Virus record (IMG/VR): IMGVR_UViG_3300025930_000007
Coordinates: 124,001-188,000 of that record
Direction: 5' to 3' (one strand)
DNA: 64,000 bases
A program made the position numbers and the translations under genes. The notes beneath the pieces are model-generated. The model searched no databases and was not told the DNA's origin. It was given only the letters and a program-made list of their open reading frames with translations. Numbering within the stretch: the first letter of the stretch is position 1; the number at the start of each line of letters is the position of its first letter. Below are positions 26,803-36,431 of the stretch, piece by piece.

Positions 26803-27723
26803 CTATGAGCAGCAGAACTCCGTCGTCGGAGGGAGCACGCCGGACGTCACGAAGACGCTGGTGACGCTGGCGGAATCCGGGAAGACGTTCCCCGAACCCA
26901 TGAAGATAGCTGCCACATCCCCCGGCATGGTGCCGAAGTTGATGCCGCCGATGAGCAGGAACGTCAAGGGAACGACCACACCATCCAGGTAAAGCGTCGG
27001 AACTCCCCCGGCGCTGACCGTCAGATGGACCTCGTGCGTTCCATTGTTGGGAGTCCAGGAGCCGCTGTAGACGGAGGCCCCGACGCTCGGCCCGATCGAC
27101 AGGAACAGCGTTCCGTTGTCGACCATGCGAAGGTCGAATCCATAGGTGGCGCCGGTGCCCACCAGGAAGAACTGATAGAACGAGAAGCCTCCGCCGGTCG
27201 GTGCAGGATATTCCGTGAAGGTCGCCTGATACGTGATGTTGTTGACGCTGGGGAAACTGATCGGCTTGGTGGCGGCCGGGACGTCGTTGTTCGCCGCGGA
27301 ATCCATGTGCATGACGCCCGGAGTAAAAGAGACGGAGCCTCCCTTGCCGCCGAAAGCATTGCTGAAGGTCCACCCGCAGACGGGACCTGGAGTCACCGCG
27401 TTGATGGGCCCTCCGGTGCAAGGGAAACAGTCGGCCAGGATCGAGGCCGTTACGCAGGAAGGGGTCGGAGGAGGCGTTGGAGTGGGAGTCGGCGCCGGCG
27501 GAGTGGGGTTATTGGAAGCCCACAGGCCGCTCGCGGGGCCCGACGTCGGAGACGAGAGGGGAGTTCCCATCCTGGCGATCGGTGCGACGAAGGCGACGAC
27601 CTGTTTGGGGATCGGGCCCTTGAAGCATTGAAGGGAAGGCATGCCGCGCGGAGTGGTCGGCTTTGTGACGATGCAGTTGGGCCGACGAGGCGGCGGCGGT
27701 GGCGGGTTCCCCGGCTTGTTCAT
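26803..27723 (-). CDS. GPASGLW/Pro-Thr stalk protein with lectin/LamG-like beta-rich head, paralog of 62441-63304
   Basis: GPASGLW, PTPTPTPPPTPSC, ADCF, WTP..GTH.V, LYLDGVVVPLT, FCC terminus; start MNKPG after GGAGG. Confidence 0.7.
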   Translation of the reverse strand: MNKPGNPPPPPPRRPNCIVTKPTTPRGMPSLQCFKGPIPKQVVAFVAPIARMGTPLSSPTSGPASGLWASNNPTPPAPTPTPTPPPTPSCVTASILADCFPCTGGPINAVTPGPVCGWTFSNAFGGKGGSVSFTPGVMHMDSAANNDVPAATKPISFPSVNNITYQATFTEYPAPTGGGFSFYQFFLVGTGATYGFDLRMVDNGTLFLSIGPSVGASVYSGSWTPNNGTHEVHLTVSAGGVPTLYLDGVVVPLTFLLIGGINFGTMPGDVAAIFMGSGNVFPDSASVTSVFVTSGVLPPTTEFCCS

Positions 27724-27773
27724 AAATTCCTCCGACCTTCTGAGTATAACCGTTGGGCGGGAGGAAGAAAACG

Positions 27774-28133
27774 TTACTTTCTTTTGTCGACGAAGCCGAG
27801 CAGCCTGGTCGGGATTGAATGGAAACCGCACTGTTCGACACCATTCGAGCGCCAGGTATGGAGGACGCTGGGTGAGATATTGCCGTCTGGGTCGATCTTG
27901 TGACCTTGAGGCTCGGTCTCTCCACGTTTGCGGTAGAGCGTCATAAGCTGCGTGCAGTCAGGGCAGCGTGCGTAGAGCATGAGGCAATAGCTGTCGTCGA
28001 GATCGGCGAATTCCCCGCTGCGGTCGATCCAGGCCCATTCGCCGGGTTTCATCTGCTCGATCTGGGCATCAGGAAGGAAGCCATCCCTGGCGGCCGCGGA
28101 TAGCTTGAACTCGTAATATCCTTGGGTCGGCAT
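27774..28133 (-). CDS. DUF6527-like protein
   Basis: CPDC ... HKIDPDGNISPSVL ... CGFH. Confidence 0.5.
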   Translation of the reverse strand: MPTQGYYEFKLSAAARDGFLPDAQIEQMKPGEWAWIDRSGEFADLDDSYCLMLYARCPDCTQLMTLYRKRGETEPQGHKIDPDGNISPSVLHTWRSNGVEQCGFHSIPTRLLGFVDKRK

Positions 28134-28407
28134 TTCAGGCCTTCAGCTTGATCGGGACCAGCAATCTGACAATGTGGTAGTCGTGCATCAAGGCCAGATG
28201 CAGGATCGCCTTCTTCCACTCTGCGTCCTTTTCATGCTTCGATGCGTCCGGAGCGGCATCGTAGATCACTTCCTTGCAGAGAATGCAGGTGATGCGCCGG
28301 CAGAATTGGCCGATACGTTCCGTCTGGAGATCGTGGTCGGCGTTGAAGGGGCGGTGAAGAGGCATCACCTTTACGATATCTCGTTTATCCGGAAAGTCCA
28401 GAGCCGC

Positions 28408-28914
28408 CTACTCTTGGATTTTCAACATCTTCCGGAGCTCGGGCGTGAGCGGGAGGATGTTCCGGTAGATGATCTCGCCGCTGGGGATGATCAGGAACTC
28501 ACGGAGATGGCGCTTGGTGATGATCATGAGCACCCAGACGCCGGTGCGGCGATATTCCTTCTGGAAGGCCTCATCCTCTTCGGGCAGCGGCGTATACTGG
28601 GCCCAGAAGTTCGGCGCCGTGTGGGCGGCCTTCTCGTCGCCGGAAAAGATCAGGGTCGTATTGCGCTCATCGACCGAGAGCGTGTAGGTCCCGTTCTTGA
28701 CGTCCAGATTGATCTTCTTCAAAGGATCGAAGGTCTGAGCGATGATCGTTTCCATGTCCTGCGGAGAGGGGTGATAGTCCACGAGGAACACGGGAAGGGT
28801 TTCCGTGCGGGCGCTGTTGGGTCCCCTCATCCGGGTGGTCAAGGTGCCCACCAGAATGTGAGTATCCTCTCCCTCGGTCATGTTCTTGTAGAAGGGATCG
28901 TCGGTCAGGCCCAT
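28408..28914 (-). CDS. hypothetical protein
   Basis: 168-aa ORF abutting the upstream gene. Confidence 0.6.
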   Translation of the reverse strand: MGLTDDPFYKNMTEGEDTHILVGTLTTRMRGPNSARTETLPVFLVDYHPSPQDMETIIAQTFDPLKKINLDVKNGTYTLSVDERNTTLIFSGDEKAAHTAPNFWAQYTPLPEEDEAFQKEYRRTGVWVLMIITKRHLREFLIIPSGEIIYRNILPLTPELRKMLKIQE

Positions 28915-29523
28915 TCAGTTCCCCTTAGCACACCCGACATTGGAAAGCTTCTCACTGACGTTGTCCAGACTCTTCTTGGTGGTTTGGATCATCGCTTTGA
29001 GTTGATGGACATTCTCCTTCACCTTGGTGCGCTCAGAAATGCGCTTGGAGACCCAAGAGCTGAAGGCAAGTTGTTTCCGCTCGAGCGTGATTCCCTCGAA
29101 CTGGCACCAGACTTCGCCGCTGTCCCCCAAGCTGATCGTCGGGAACTTGGTTCCGTCCTTGAGGGTCATCTCGCCGATGGTAAAGTCCGGCTGCTGCAGC
29201 GCCCCGACTTCCACGATCACGCGCTCCAGCTCCTGAAGGCGTTTTTCATAGGTGGAGAGCTCGGCAGCGAGGCGCTTACGCCGGCTGGCCTGCCGTTCGG
29301 CTCCCTGGATGAGCCTGAAGTCGAGGGAGTAGGACTTCGCGCAGCTTCCGCCGACCACGGCTTCCTGTCCGTCTTCGAGCAGCACGGTCCAGTGGATCTC
29401 ATGATCCCGGCCGCACCGGCTGCAGGTGTTCGGATTCCCGGATCCGGGGATGGGGACGAAGGAATCGCCCTGCTCCTCGTACTCGCGGGTGTCCACGACG
29501 GAGATGATCTTGACGATCTTCAT
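28915..29523 (-). CDS. hypothetical Zn-ribbon plus coiled-coil protein
   Basis: CSRCGR...VGGSC. Confidence 0.6.
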   Translation of the reverse strand: MKIVKIISVVDTREYEEQGDSFVPIPGSGNPNTCSRCGRDHEIHWTVLLEDGQEAVVGGSCAKSYSLDFRLIQGAERQASRRKRLAAELSTYEKRLQELERVIVEVGALQQPDFTIGEMTLKDGTKFPTISLGDSGEVWCQFEGITLERKQLAFSSWVSKRISERTKVKENVHQLKAMIQTTKKSLDNVSEKLSNVGCAKGN

Positions 29524-29527
29524 CGGC

Positions 29528-29854
29528 CTACCCGACCTGACAGATCTTCTTGCAGAATCCGCAGTGGTAGTGGTGCTTGCGGCAGTCTCCGCACTCCCCG
29601 TCATCATGGAAGATGACGTCGTCGGAGGACTTCCCGCAACGGCACCAGAGATCGGCCTCGCGCTGGAGGGCTTTCTGGGTTGCCGGGCTGATGACGGCCG
29701 CGCCCTTGCAGATCACGCAGGTGATCTTCAGGGACATCCTCTCGACCGGTTTCCCGGGCGAGATCGTCGACGTCTCGATGGTCTGGATGCCGGAGCCCTT
29801 GCACGTCGGGCACTGGAGCATCTTCGGGGGCTTGGGACCCGTGTGAATCTTCAT
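29528..29854 (-). CDS. Cys-rich protein with DnaJ-type CxxCxGxG zinc motifs
   Basis: CPTCKGSG, CVICKG, CGDC..HHYHCGFC; AAGGAG SD. Confidence 0.65.
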   Translation of the reverse strand: MKIHTGPKPPKMLQCPTCKGSGIQTIETSTISPGKPVERMSLKITCVICKGAAVISPATQKALQREADLWCRCGKSSDDVIFHDDGECGDCRKHHYHCGFCKKICQVG

Positions 29855-29883
29855 ACCGCCTCTCCTTCCTATCGAATGGTCTA

Positions 29884-29913
29884 AGTATATGCTTGAGTAT
29901 ATACTGATGTCAA
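29884..29913 (-). promoter_or_regulatory. near-consensus sigma70 promoter
   Basis: TTGACA-18-TATACT with palindrome AGTATATACT in the spacer. Confidence 0.65.
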
Positions 29914-29940
29914 TAGGAAAGTGGAGTGAAGAAATGCGAT

Positions 29941-30363
29941 TTAAGCTTCGAAGTGCCAGAGGTCCTGGAGCTTCATCGCCACGAAGGCCACCAGGCGGTC
30001 GCGGTTCTGGTACTCGTTCATCCGGGCGCCGTCGGGGATCTTCCCGGTCCAGTCCTTGCCGAAGATGCGCTCCACCAGAGCCTCGGTTACTTTCCCCGTC
30101 GCGCCCAGGTTCCCGGCGATCGCCCGGACCTCCTTCTCGCTGATCGGAAGGCGGGACTTGGGCTTTCCGGCGACCAGGTGTTCGATGTGCTGCTCGATCC
30201 CGTCGAGGAGGACGTCGCGATCCAGGTTCCGGATCTCCTTCATGCACGCCTCGCAATACGGGATCGAGGCGGTCTCGGAGCTCGGGCCGATCTTGAGCGT
30301 GACATTGACCGACGAGATGTCGATTCGAGGCATCGGCTTTTTGCAGGCGAAGCATTCGGACAT
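29941..30363 (-). CDS. hypothetical Zn-binding protein
   Basis: CFAC...YCEAC; AAGGAG SD. Confidence 0.6.
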   Translation of the reverse strand: MSECFACKKPMPRIDISSVNVTLKIGPSSETASIPYCEACMKEIRNLDRDVLLDGIEQHIEHLVAGKPKSRLPISEKEVRAIAGNLGATGKVTEALVERIFGKDWTGKIPDGARMNEYQNRDRLVAFVAMKLQDLWHFEA

Positions 30364-30409
30364 GAGGGCTCTCCTTCCTTTCGTTCCCGAGAAGTATTAC
30401 AATTCCAGC

Positions 30410-30808
30410 GTGAAGACGTCCATGGGTGTCGCCGAGATGCCGGTCGGCCTGACTGAGAAGGCGATCCGCCTGGATCTGGCGATGCGCGCGGGGTTCCGGG
30501 AGTTCATCACGGAGGGGAACCTCGAGGAAATCATGGTCGAAAAGGGGGCTCTCGAGGCGGTCAAGAGGCATTTCGACGGCCTCTGGGAGCGGGCCGGGGT
30601 CAAGCGATCGCCGGTATACGACGGGATCATCGGGGCGCTTACCGAAGGGCCCAAGACCCTGGAGGAGATCTTCGAGTTCCTGAAGGGGGATCCGGACTTC
30701 GACGACTTCCGGGACCTGGACCGGAAGACCTTCGCCAAGGCAGCCAAGGCCATGTTCGAGGCCGGCCTCCTGACGGTCGACGAGCGCAAGATGTGGGTCC
30801 TGGAGTAA
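30410..30808 (+). CDS. hypothetical protein, possible winged-helix C-terminus
   Basis: Lone + strand gene; GTG 6 nt after TACAAT; LTEGPKTLEEI...MFEAGLL. Confidence 0.55.
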   Translation: MKTSMGVAEMPVGLTEKAIRLDLAMRAGFREFITEGNLEEIMVEKGALEAVKRHFDGLWERAGVKRSPVYDGIIGALTEGPKTLEEIFEFLKGDPDFDDFRDLDRKTFAKAAKAMFEAGLLTVDERKMWVLE

Positions 30809-30850
30809 CCGTTCTTCATCAAAACACCCCTTTTCCCGGTGTTTTGTGCT

Positions 30851-31306
30851 TCACTGCTTCTTCTCTTCTTCTTTGGCCTGGACTTCATCCAGGGTCTTGA
30901 GGAAGGCCCTCCACGCCTCGGGCTCGACTTTCTTGCCCTTCTGATCCCTGAGGAACTGGGCGGCCTTCACGATCTTCTCGAACTTCACCTTGATACCGTC
31001 GCGCGGCTCGACGCTCATGCCGGCGGGAGTCAGCTTCCAGGCGAAGGTGGGGCGGGGGGCCCCGGTCTCGAGCTTCTGGATCACCTCGCAGTACCCCCAT
31101 TTCCGGAACTTCCCGAGCCAGGCGGCCGCCACGGTCGCCGCGGTCGATCCCTTCCCCATTTCCCCCATGCGCGGGCCGGACTTGATCTCGGAAGGGAAGG
31201 TATCCTTGATCTCGGCGGCCTTGGCGAGGTCGGCGGCGCTGAAGGGAGCCTTCAGCGTGCGGGCGGCCTCCAGGATCTCGAACCACTTCTTCGATTCGGT
31301 CTTCAT
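30851..31306 (-). CDS. putative winged-helix DNA-binding protein
   Basis: FSAADLAKAA...AAWLGKFRKWGY...WKLTPAG. Confidence 0.5.
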   Translation of the reverse strand: MKTESKKWFEILEAARTLKAPFSAADLAKAAEIKDTFPSEIKSGPRMGEMGKGSTAATVAAAWLGKFRKWGYCEVIQKLETGAPRPTFAWKLTPAGMSVEPRDGIKVKFEKIVKAAQFLRDQKGKKVEPEAWRAFLKTLDEVQAKEEEKKQ

Positions 31307-31371
31307 GGCTGGGGTCCTTTGGTCATGGCAAATAGCCTCCAAATTCCAGATAAGAGCAGGGTCACGGTCAG

Positions 31372-31423
31372 AGTCAAGCTAACATATATGTTAGTTTAAG
31401 ATAACATCTATGTTAGATTGACT
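31372..31423. repeat. 52-bp imperfect palindrome (22-bp arms, 8-bp centre)
   Basis: AGTCAAGCTAACATATATGTTA-GTTTAAGA-TAACATCTATGTTAGATTGACT; arms match at 20/22. Confidence 0.9.
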
Positions 31424-31521
31424 ATGAGAAGAAGAGGCGCTCGAGGAGGGAGGAGGGTCAAATTTATCTCCCTATGTGACACGCCTAAATGGGGATTTAA
31501 GTCACTGAAGGCCATATCGCT

Positions 31522-33610
31522 TCACCGCTTGCCTTTTGGCGCGTTTTCCCGGGAAGTGGGGGCCGGGAAGCCACCCTGCCTGATCTGGCCCGCCTGCTTC
31601 AATCTGGCTGCGCTGGCTTTATCCTCGCGCCTCAGGTTGGCCTGCGCGACCAGCGCTTTCGCCCTCAACCTTGCATCCGCGTTGTCCTGCGGGAGATGCA
31701 GGCCGAGCATCCCGGCCATGAGCCAGAGGATCTCGTCGCGTCGGCGGATGGCGAGCTCGCGGGCCTGGATCTCGGCTCTACTCACGGTTCCAGCCACCCC
31801 AACCCGGCTCTGGCGCCGCATCCGAGCCGCGGTCTCCTGGTCGATCGCCTGGCTCATGAGCCAGTGGGCCTCGCTCAAGGCCGTCCGGAAGTCCCGGTCG
31901 CTGATCTCGGGCTTCCGGTCCTCCGCGCTGGCCCTCTCCCTCTTCTCCCTCTCCAGGAACTCGAGGAGCTCCTGAAGATCCCCGGCCATGAGGGCGCTGT
32001 TCGCGTACAGGATATTGCCGTCCCGGAGCCTGATCGACCCATCCATCTGTCTCTCGGCCATACTATCCCTTCCTCCCGCCCTTCTTCGCACACCGGCTGC
32101 AGGTCCCGACCCTCTTCGTCCGGTCGACCTCGGCCCAAGAGCAGCCGCCCGGGCACGCGCGGTCATCCCGGCAGCCGCAGCTCCGGCAGGTCGCCACCGG
32201 GATCCCGACCAGCCCGTCTCCGGACATCCCGAAGGCGATGTAGGTCACCTTCCTCGAGGGCCTGAAGCTCTCCATCGCTTCCTCCTTAAGCGTTGACATC
32301 TATCCCCTCCCCCATCCTTCTCCAATGGGCGTCTGTCCGTACTGGCGCAGGAATGTGTCTATCGTGAAGGTCGTTAGGAACCCCGATCTCCACTCTTTGT
32401 CGGAGTCCCTCTCGGCTGGCATCAGGCTGAAGGCGATCGCATGGACTTCGCGCGTCCATTCAGGCCCCTTCAGCGGAGAAATCGGATTGGGATGGTTAGC
32501 GAACCATCTGATCGCCGCGAGGCCGCCCGCAGCGCACCCCTCTTCCTCTCTGGGGGTATATTTATGGCTCTCCCGGACCAGCGTTGCGAAGTCTTTTTCT
32601 AGAATCTGGTTGAGATACTTGACTACCTGGTGCTTCGGATAATCAGAAAGCTCAATCATCGTCGCCGTCTCAGCCGCCATCAGGCGCTTACGAGGTTTTA
32701 GAGGGCCCAGTTGCCTATAGCGCAGCAGGAAGACTGCAAATACTTTCCCTATAGTCAGGTCCATCTACTTTCCTCCGCCCCGGACCAGCAGGTATCGCTG
32801 GTCGTCGGTGTTCCACCTATAGATCCGTGCGAAATGGCCGTGCTTGATCCTCCACACCTCGGCGATCTCCATGGCCTCGGTCAAGGTCCTCGCCGGCGTC
32901 ACCCGCGTGATCTTGGCCATCTCGATCAGCACCCGGTAGGGATCCCTCTTCATGGTCTCATTCCCCCGGATCCTCAAGTAGCCGAATCGCATTGGAAAGC
33001 CAGCCATTGGCGTCGACGTCGCGCTCTTCGTCTTCATGCCCCTTGTTGCGGCGAGTAGCTCCGAAATCGCCCTGTCGCCTCTCGGAGATTTCGGCACGGT
33101 GCTTTCCGCAAAGCCTGGTCAGCTTTCCGGCCCGGGTCAGCCCTAAGGCGACCTCGCAGACGCGATATTCCTGATCGCACCACGAACACTCAAGCGAGCA
33201 ATTCGTGGGGAACGGCATCCCCGTCACCGAGCTGATGAAGTCGCATCGAGCACACATGATATTTACTTCGAGAACATGACCCTCTTTCCATCGCGCACGA
33301 TCTGGAGGTTGTACTTGACCTTCCCCATCTTGCTGATGTCGTCTTCGGACAGCCCCAGGGCCATCGTGAGCCAGCGCTCAGCCCCTTCCCGGCCCAACTG
33401 GTTCAGGACGGTCAGGTAGCCGAATCCGACGAACTTGGAGATGATCTGAGCCAGCACGATGTAGTCGTAGTTCTCGATCGGCCTTTTCTTGCCTTCCCAA
33501 GACCCCACGATCTTGGAAAAGACCAGCATCGCATCATCACTGGCCTTCTCGGTTGCCTTGAGCAGCGCTTCTTCATTCATGGTTCTTTCCTTTCTATTCC
33601 TTTTCACCAC
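31522..33610 (-). other. cluster of short hypothetical ORFs
   Basis: 31522-32061, 32063-32299, 32300-32764, 33263-33610 and others, head to tail. Confidence 0.55.
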
Positions 33611-34226
33611 GCGGTTTGTAAGGAGTCTCGAACGCTTTCTCGACCGACCATTTCAACCGGTTCAGGCGGTCATAGAGGACATGGTAAGGGATCTTCACAA
33701 TCTTGCTCCAGGCACTCAGCTTGTGATCGACACCCTTGTAGGTATAGAACTTGAGCCCATGCTCCAGTGGCAGATTGACCGCGTCGTCGATGGACATCTT
33801 CTGGTTGACCACCCGGTGCTGCAGCCGCCGATGGTCGACCCCGGTCATCTCGCTGACCTCGGCCAGCGAGCGCATCTGACCGCGGAAGAAGACCATGTGA
33901 TTGACGCGCCTCTTCCGGTTCTGCAGTTTGGGAGGCTCCCACTGGACATTGTCCGGCCAGTAGCCCTTGTCGTTGTCGATCCGGCCCAAGGTGTGCTTCT
34001 TGGTGGGCCGATCCCCGGCCTTCGCCTGGAGTTCCGACTCGAAGACCGCATAGGATTCGCGCCACCGCGGATCCATGCGTATCCCTCGGCTCCCGTAGTT
34101 CTTGAACTTGGGGTGGTTCTTGTTGAAGCAGCGCTGCTTGATCTGCGACCAGATCTGGTAGAGCCGCTTCTGCTTGCCGCCGGCGGTGGCGCCGTGGTAC
34201 TCCAGTTCCTTGGTCTCTTTCTTCAT
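33594..34226 (-). CDS. HNH-type homing endonuclease-like protein
   Basis: YQIWSQIKQRC, YGSRGI, RPTKKHTLGRIDNDKGYWPDNVQW; repeated C-terminal DNA-binding modules. Confidence 0.8.
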   Translation of the reverse strand: MKKETKELEYHGATAGGKQKRLYQIWSQIKQRCFNKNHPKFKNYGSRGIRMDPRWRESYAVFESELQAKAGDRPTKKHTLGRIDNDKGYWPDNVQWEPPKLQNRKRRVNHMVFFRGQMRSLAEVSEMTGVDHRRLQHRVVNQKMSIDDAVNLPLEHGLKFYTYKGVDHKLSAWSKIVKIPYHVLYDRLNRLKWSVEKAFETPYKPRGEKE

Positions 34227-34249
34227 AGCTTTCTCCTCATTCGGCGTGG

Positions 34250-34279
34250 AGGTTACGCGGTTTATGTGTCATTAAGCAA
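34250..34279 (-). promoter_or_regulatory. sigma70-like promoter with ATAAACCGCG box
   Basis: TTGCTT-18-TAACCT upstream of the HNH gene. Confidence 0.45.
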
Positions 34280-34723
34280 GTTTAAAGCGACAAAAAATCC
34301 GGTAGAGTGCATGGAAGCGTTTCTAGTGCTTTTTCGACCCCTTTTTCCTGCGAATTACCCCTGGTTGCCGAGGAGAAATAGACCCCTCCGGTTGCCACTT
34401 TCGGGCCCCATATCTCCGAAGATCGCGGGTTGCGCGAAGACAGCCCCAAAGCCAGTCGCTTGCCGGGTCTTCTTCCGAAATCCGGAAGAGAGTTCGGGCT
34501 TTGGAGTAGGCCGTGAGCAGATGGACTTGGTCGTCGATCGTTGCACCGTGGATTTGAAGCTCGCGGAAGTCGGAAAGGCCCACGTGCGCGGCCTCCCGGA
34601 TATAGGCGAAGGTCCATTTCCGGTGCCGGTCGTCGACGAAGAGGCTCCGGATCTTCGCTTCCGGGTCGACTTCCGGATCCCGTTCGAGCCACGCAGCGTC
34701 TTCCTGTTTCATCCTTAGCCTTT

Positions 34724-35080
34724 TCAGAATGCCTTTTTGATGTTGTTCAGTTCCCTGCTGGCCTGATCCCGCATGTTTTCCGGGAATTCCTGGTCGATCA
34801 TCCTTTCGAGGTGCTTTACTCCCGCGATAGGATTCCCTTTCTGCCCTTGCTGATAAACAAGGGTCACATCTTTCAGCTTCTGTTCGACAGGCACACCGAG
34901 CTTGGCGAGGACTTTCGGCATGATCTGTAGGGCACTTTGCAAACTCACCTTTTGATTGAACAGAACCCCGGCAGAGATCAGACATATCTGATGTCGATAT
35001 CCGTGGGTCCAGATCTTCGCGAAGGAATCGCAGGCGGAATCGATCTGCTCTGCGGTAAGTTCTTTGAAGTCTGGGCTCAT
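34724..35080 (-). CDS. hypothetical helical protein with weak resemblance to primase C-terminal (PriCT) domains
   Basis: W..GYRH....SAGVL pattern; AAGGAG SD. Confidence 0.4.
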   Translation of the reverse strand: MSPDFKELTAEQIDSACDSFAKIWTHGYRHQICLISAGVLFNQKVSLQSALQIMPKVLAKLGVPVEQKLKDVTLVYQQGQKGNPIAGVKHLERMIDQEFPENMRDQASRELNNIKKAF

Positions 35081-35270
35081 GTCTTTCTCCTTTATGCGGA
35101 TTTCTCCTCGTTTTTCTTCTCGATCAGATTGTTGACGATGAAGATCAGCTTTGCGATCTCGATCTTGTAGCAGATCCGGCATTTCTCCAGGGTGCAATGC
35201 ATGTAGACCGGCTTCTCGCTGCCTTCAGGGACCAGCTTATGGGCCCAGGGGATGATGCGCTCGGTCGTGA

Positions 35271-35846
35271 TCATGAGATCCCCACGGCGTAGGAGAAGGG
35301 CTTCGGCTTGGTCGCTCTCTTGATGTAGAGCGGATGCTTCGGATGACCGCCCTTCACGGTCGTGAAGCAGGTCAGCTTCGCCTCCCGGAGGAGCTTGGTG
35401 GCCACTTCGACGCCGCGGCCCAGGTGATCCCCATGAGCGCCCCAGGCTGCCACGATCAGGGACGCAGAGGCGGCCGCCTCCTTGATGAAGGCATTGTTCA
35501 GCGGGCCGATGGGATCTTCGGCCTTCTTCATGACCTTCGGATCGGTCGCGCGGTAGGCGAAGATGTTCACGACCTCGAGCTCGCCGAACTCCCACATCTG
35601 GGCCCAGACCATGCAGGCTGCAACGGTCGGATCTGCCTGGAAGGCATCGGCGGTGGACGGATTCAGCATCAGGAAGACGAGCTTCTTGTCCGGAGCGCCG
35701 CTCCACTTATGGATCAGGCTGTAGCGGTAGAGGAATTCGCCCTTCTTGTTCTGGAACCGGGCATCGAAGACGGCCTTCGACGAGATCCCCAGATCCGAGA
35801 AGGTCTGGAAGGACAGGTTGCTGATGTTCTTCTGGATCACGCTCAT
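35271..35846 (-). CDS. DUF1643 family protein
   Basis: YRYSL, FLMLNPSTAD, DPT, NIFAYRATDP, AAWGAHG, PKHPLY. Confidence 0.9.
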   Translation of the reverse strand: MSVIQKNISNLSFQTFSDLGISSKAVFDARFQNKKGEFLYRYSLIHKWSGAPDKKLVFLMLNPSTADAFQADPTVAACMVWAQMWEFGELEVVNIFAYRATDPKVMKKAEDPIGPLNNAFIKEAAASASLIVAAWGAHGDHLGRGVEVATKLLREAKLTCFTTVKGGHPKHPLYIKRATKPKPFSYAVGIS

Positions 35847-36110
35847 GCGAGGGGATCCTCGCCGGGCCACTTGCCGTAGACGATGAAGTGATCCGCGTGT
35901 TTCCCTTCCACCCTTCGATCGATCCATTCATCCAGCATGGCGTGAAGGAACTTGCGGTTCTTCTCGATCTTGGGGTCGGTGGTCGAGATCAAGGTTTCCA
36001 CGGACATGCCGTTCGGATTGGTGTATTCGATCTGGGCGTGAACGGGATCCTGGCAACAGCGATCAGACGTATTCTGATCCACCACAATCTCCTTCCTTCC
36101 TAGTTCCCGA

Positions 36111-36431
36111 CTACTTGACCAGCTTGAATTTATTGAGTGGATCGAGCGGCTTCATCATCCTCATGAGGCTGGCCATCGGATCCTTGCACGGCACCCATTC
36201 CGCGGGAGCTTCCGAGAGAAACTTGAAGTCGGCATCCACAACTCGGGCTGACTCGATGAAGGCCTTGCGAACCTTCTTCCAGCTTCTGGGCCCCTTCTCG
36301 ATCACCTGGGCGAGGTAGCACGGGCCCGGCGCACTCCAGGAGCTCTCGAGGACATCCAGGATCCGCCAGATCGCACGGCCATAGGTGCCGTCGAAGTAGA
36401 TCTTGTCGCCCTTCTTGAATCTAGGCTTCAT
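36111..36431 (-). CDS. hypothetical protein
   Basis: MKPRFKKGD start overlaps the recombinase stop (ATGA). Confidence 0.55.
   Translation of the reverse strand: MKPRFKKGDKIYFDGTYGRAIWRILDVLESSWSAPGPCYLAQVIEKGPRSWKKVRKAFIESARVVDADFKFLSEAPAEWVPCKDPMASLMRMMKPLDPLNKFKLVK

Noticed and set aside
31394-31420. Canonical dif site
   Set aside because: TATGTTAGAT resembles a XerD arm, but the spacing to ATAA is not the 6-bp dif spacer and no XerC arm is evident.
4029-32767. In-frame TAG-ATG junctions (4029-4034, 32297-32302, 32762-32767) as programmed amber read-through fusions
   Set aside because: The same abutting arrangement occurs with TAA (2598-2603) and TGA (28912-28917), so it reflects tight packing.
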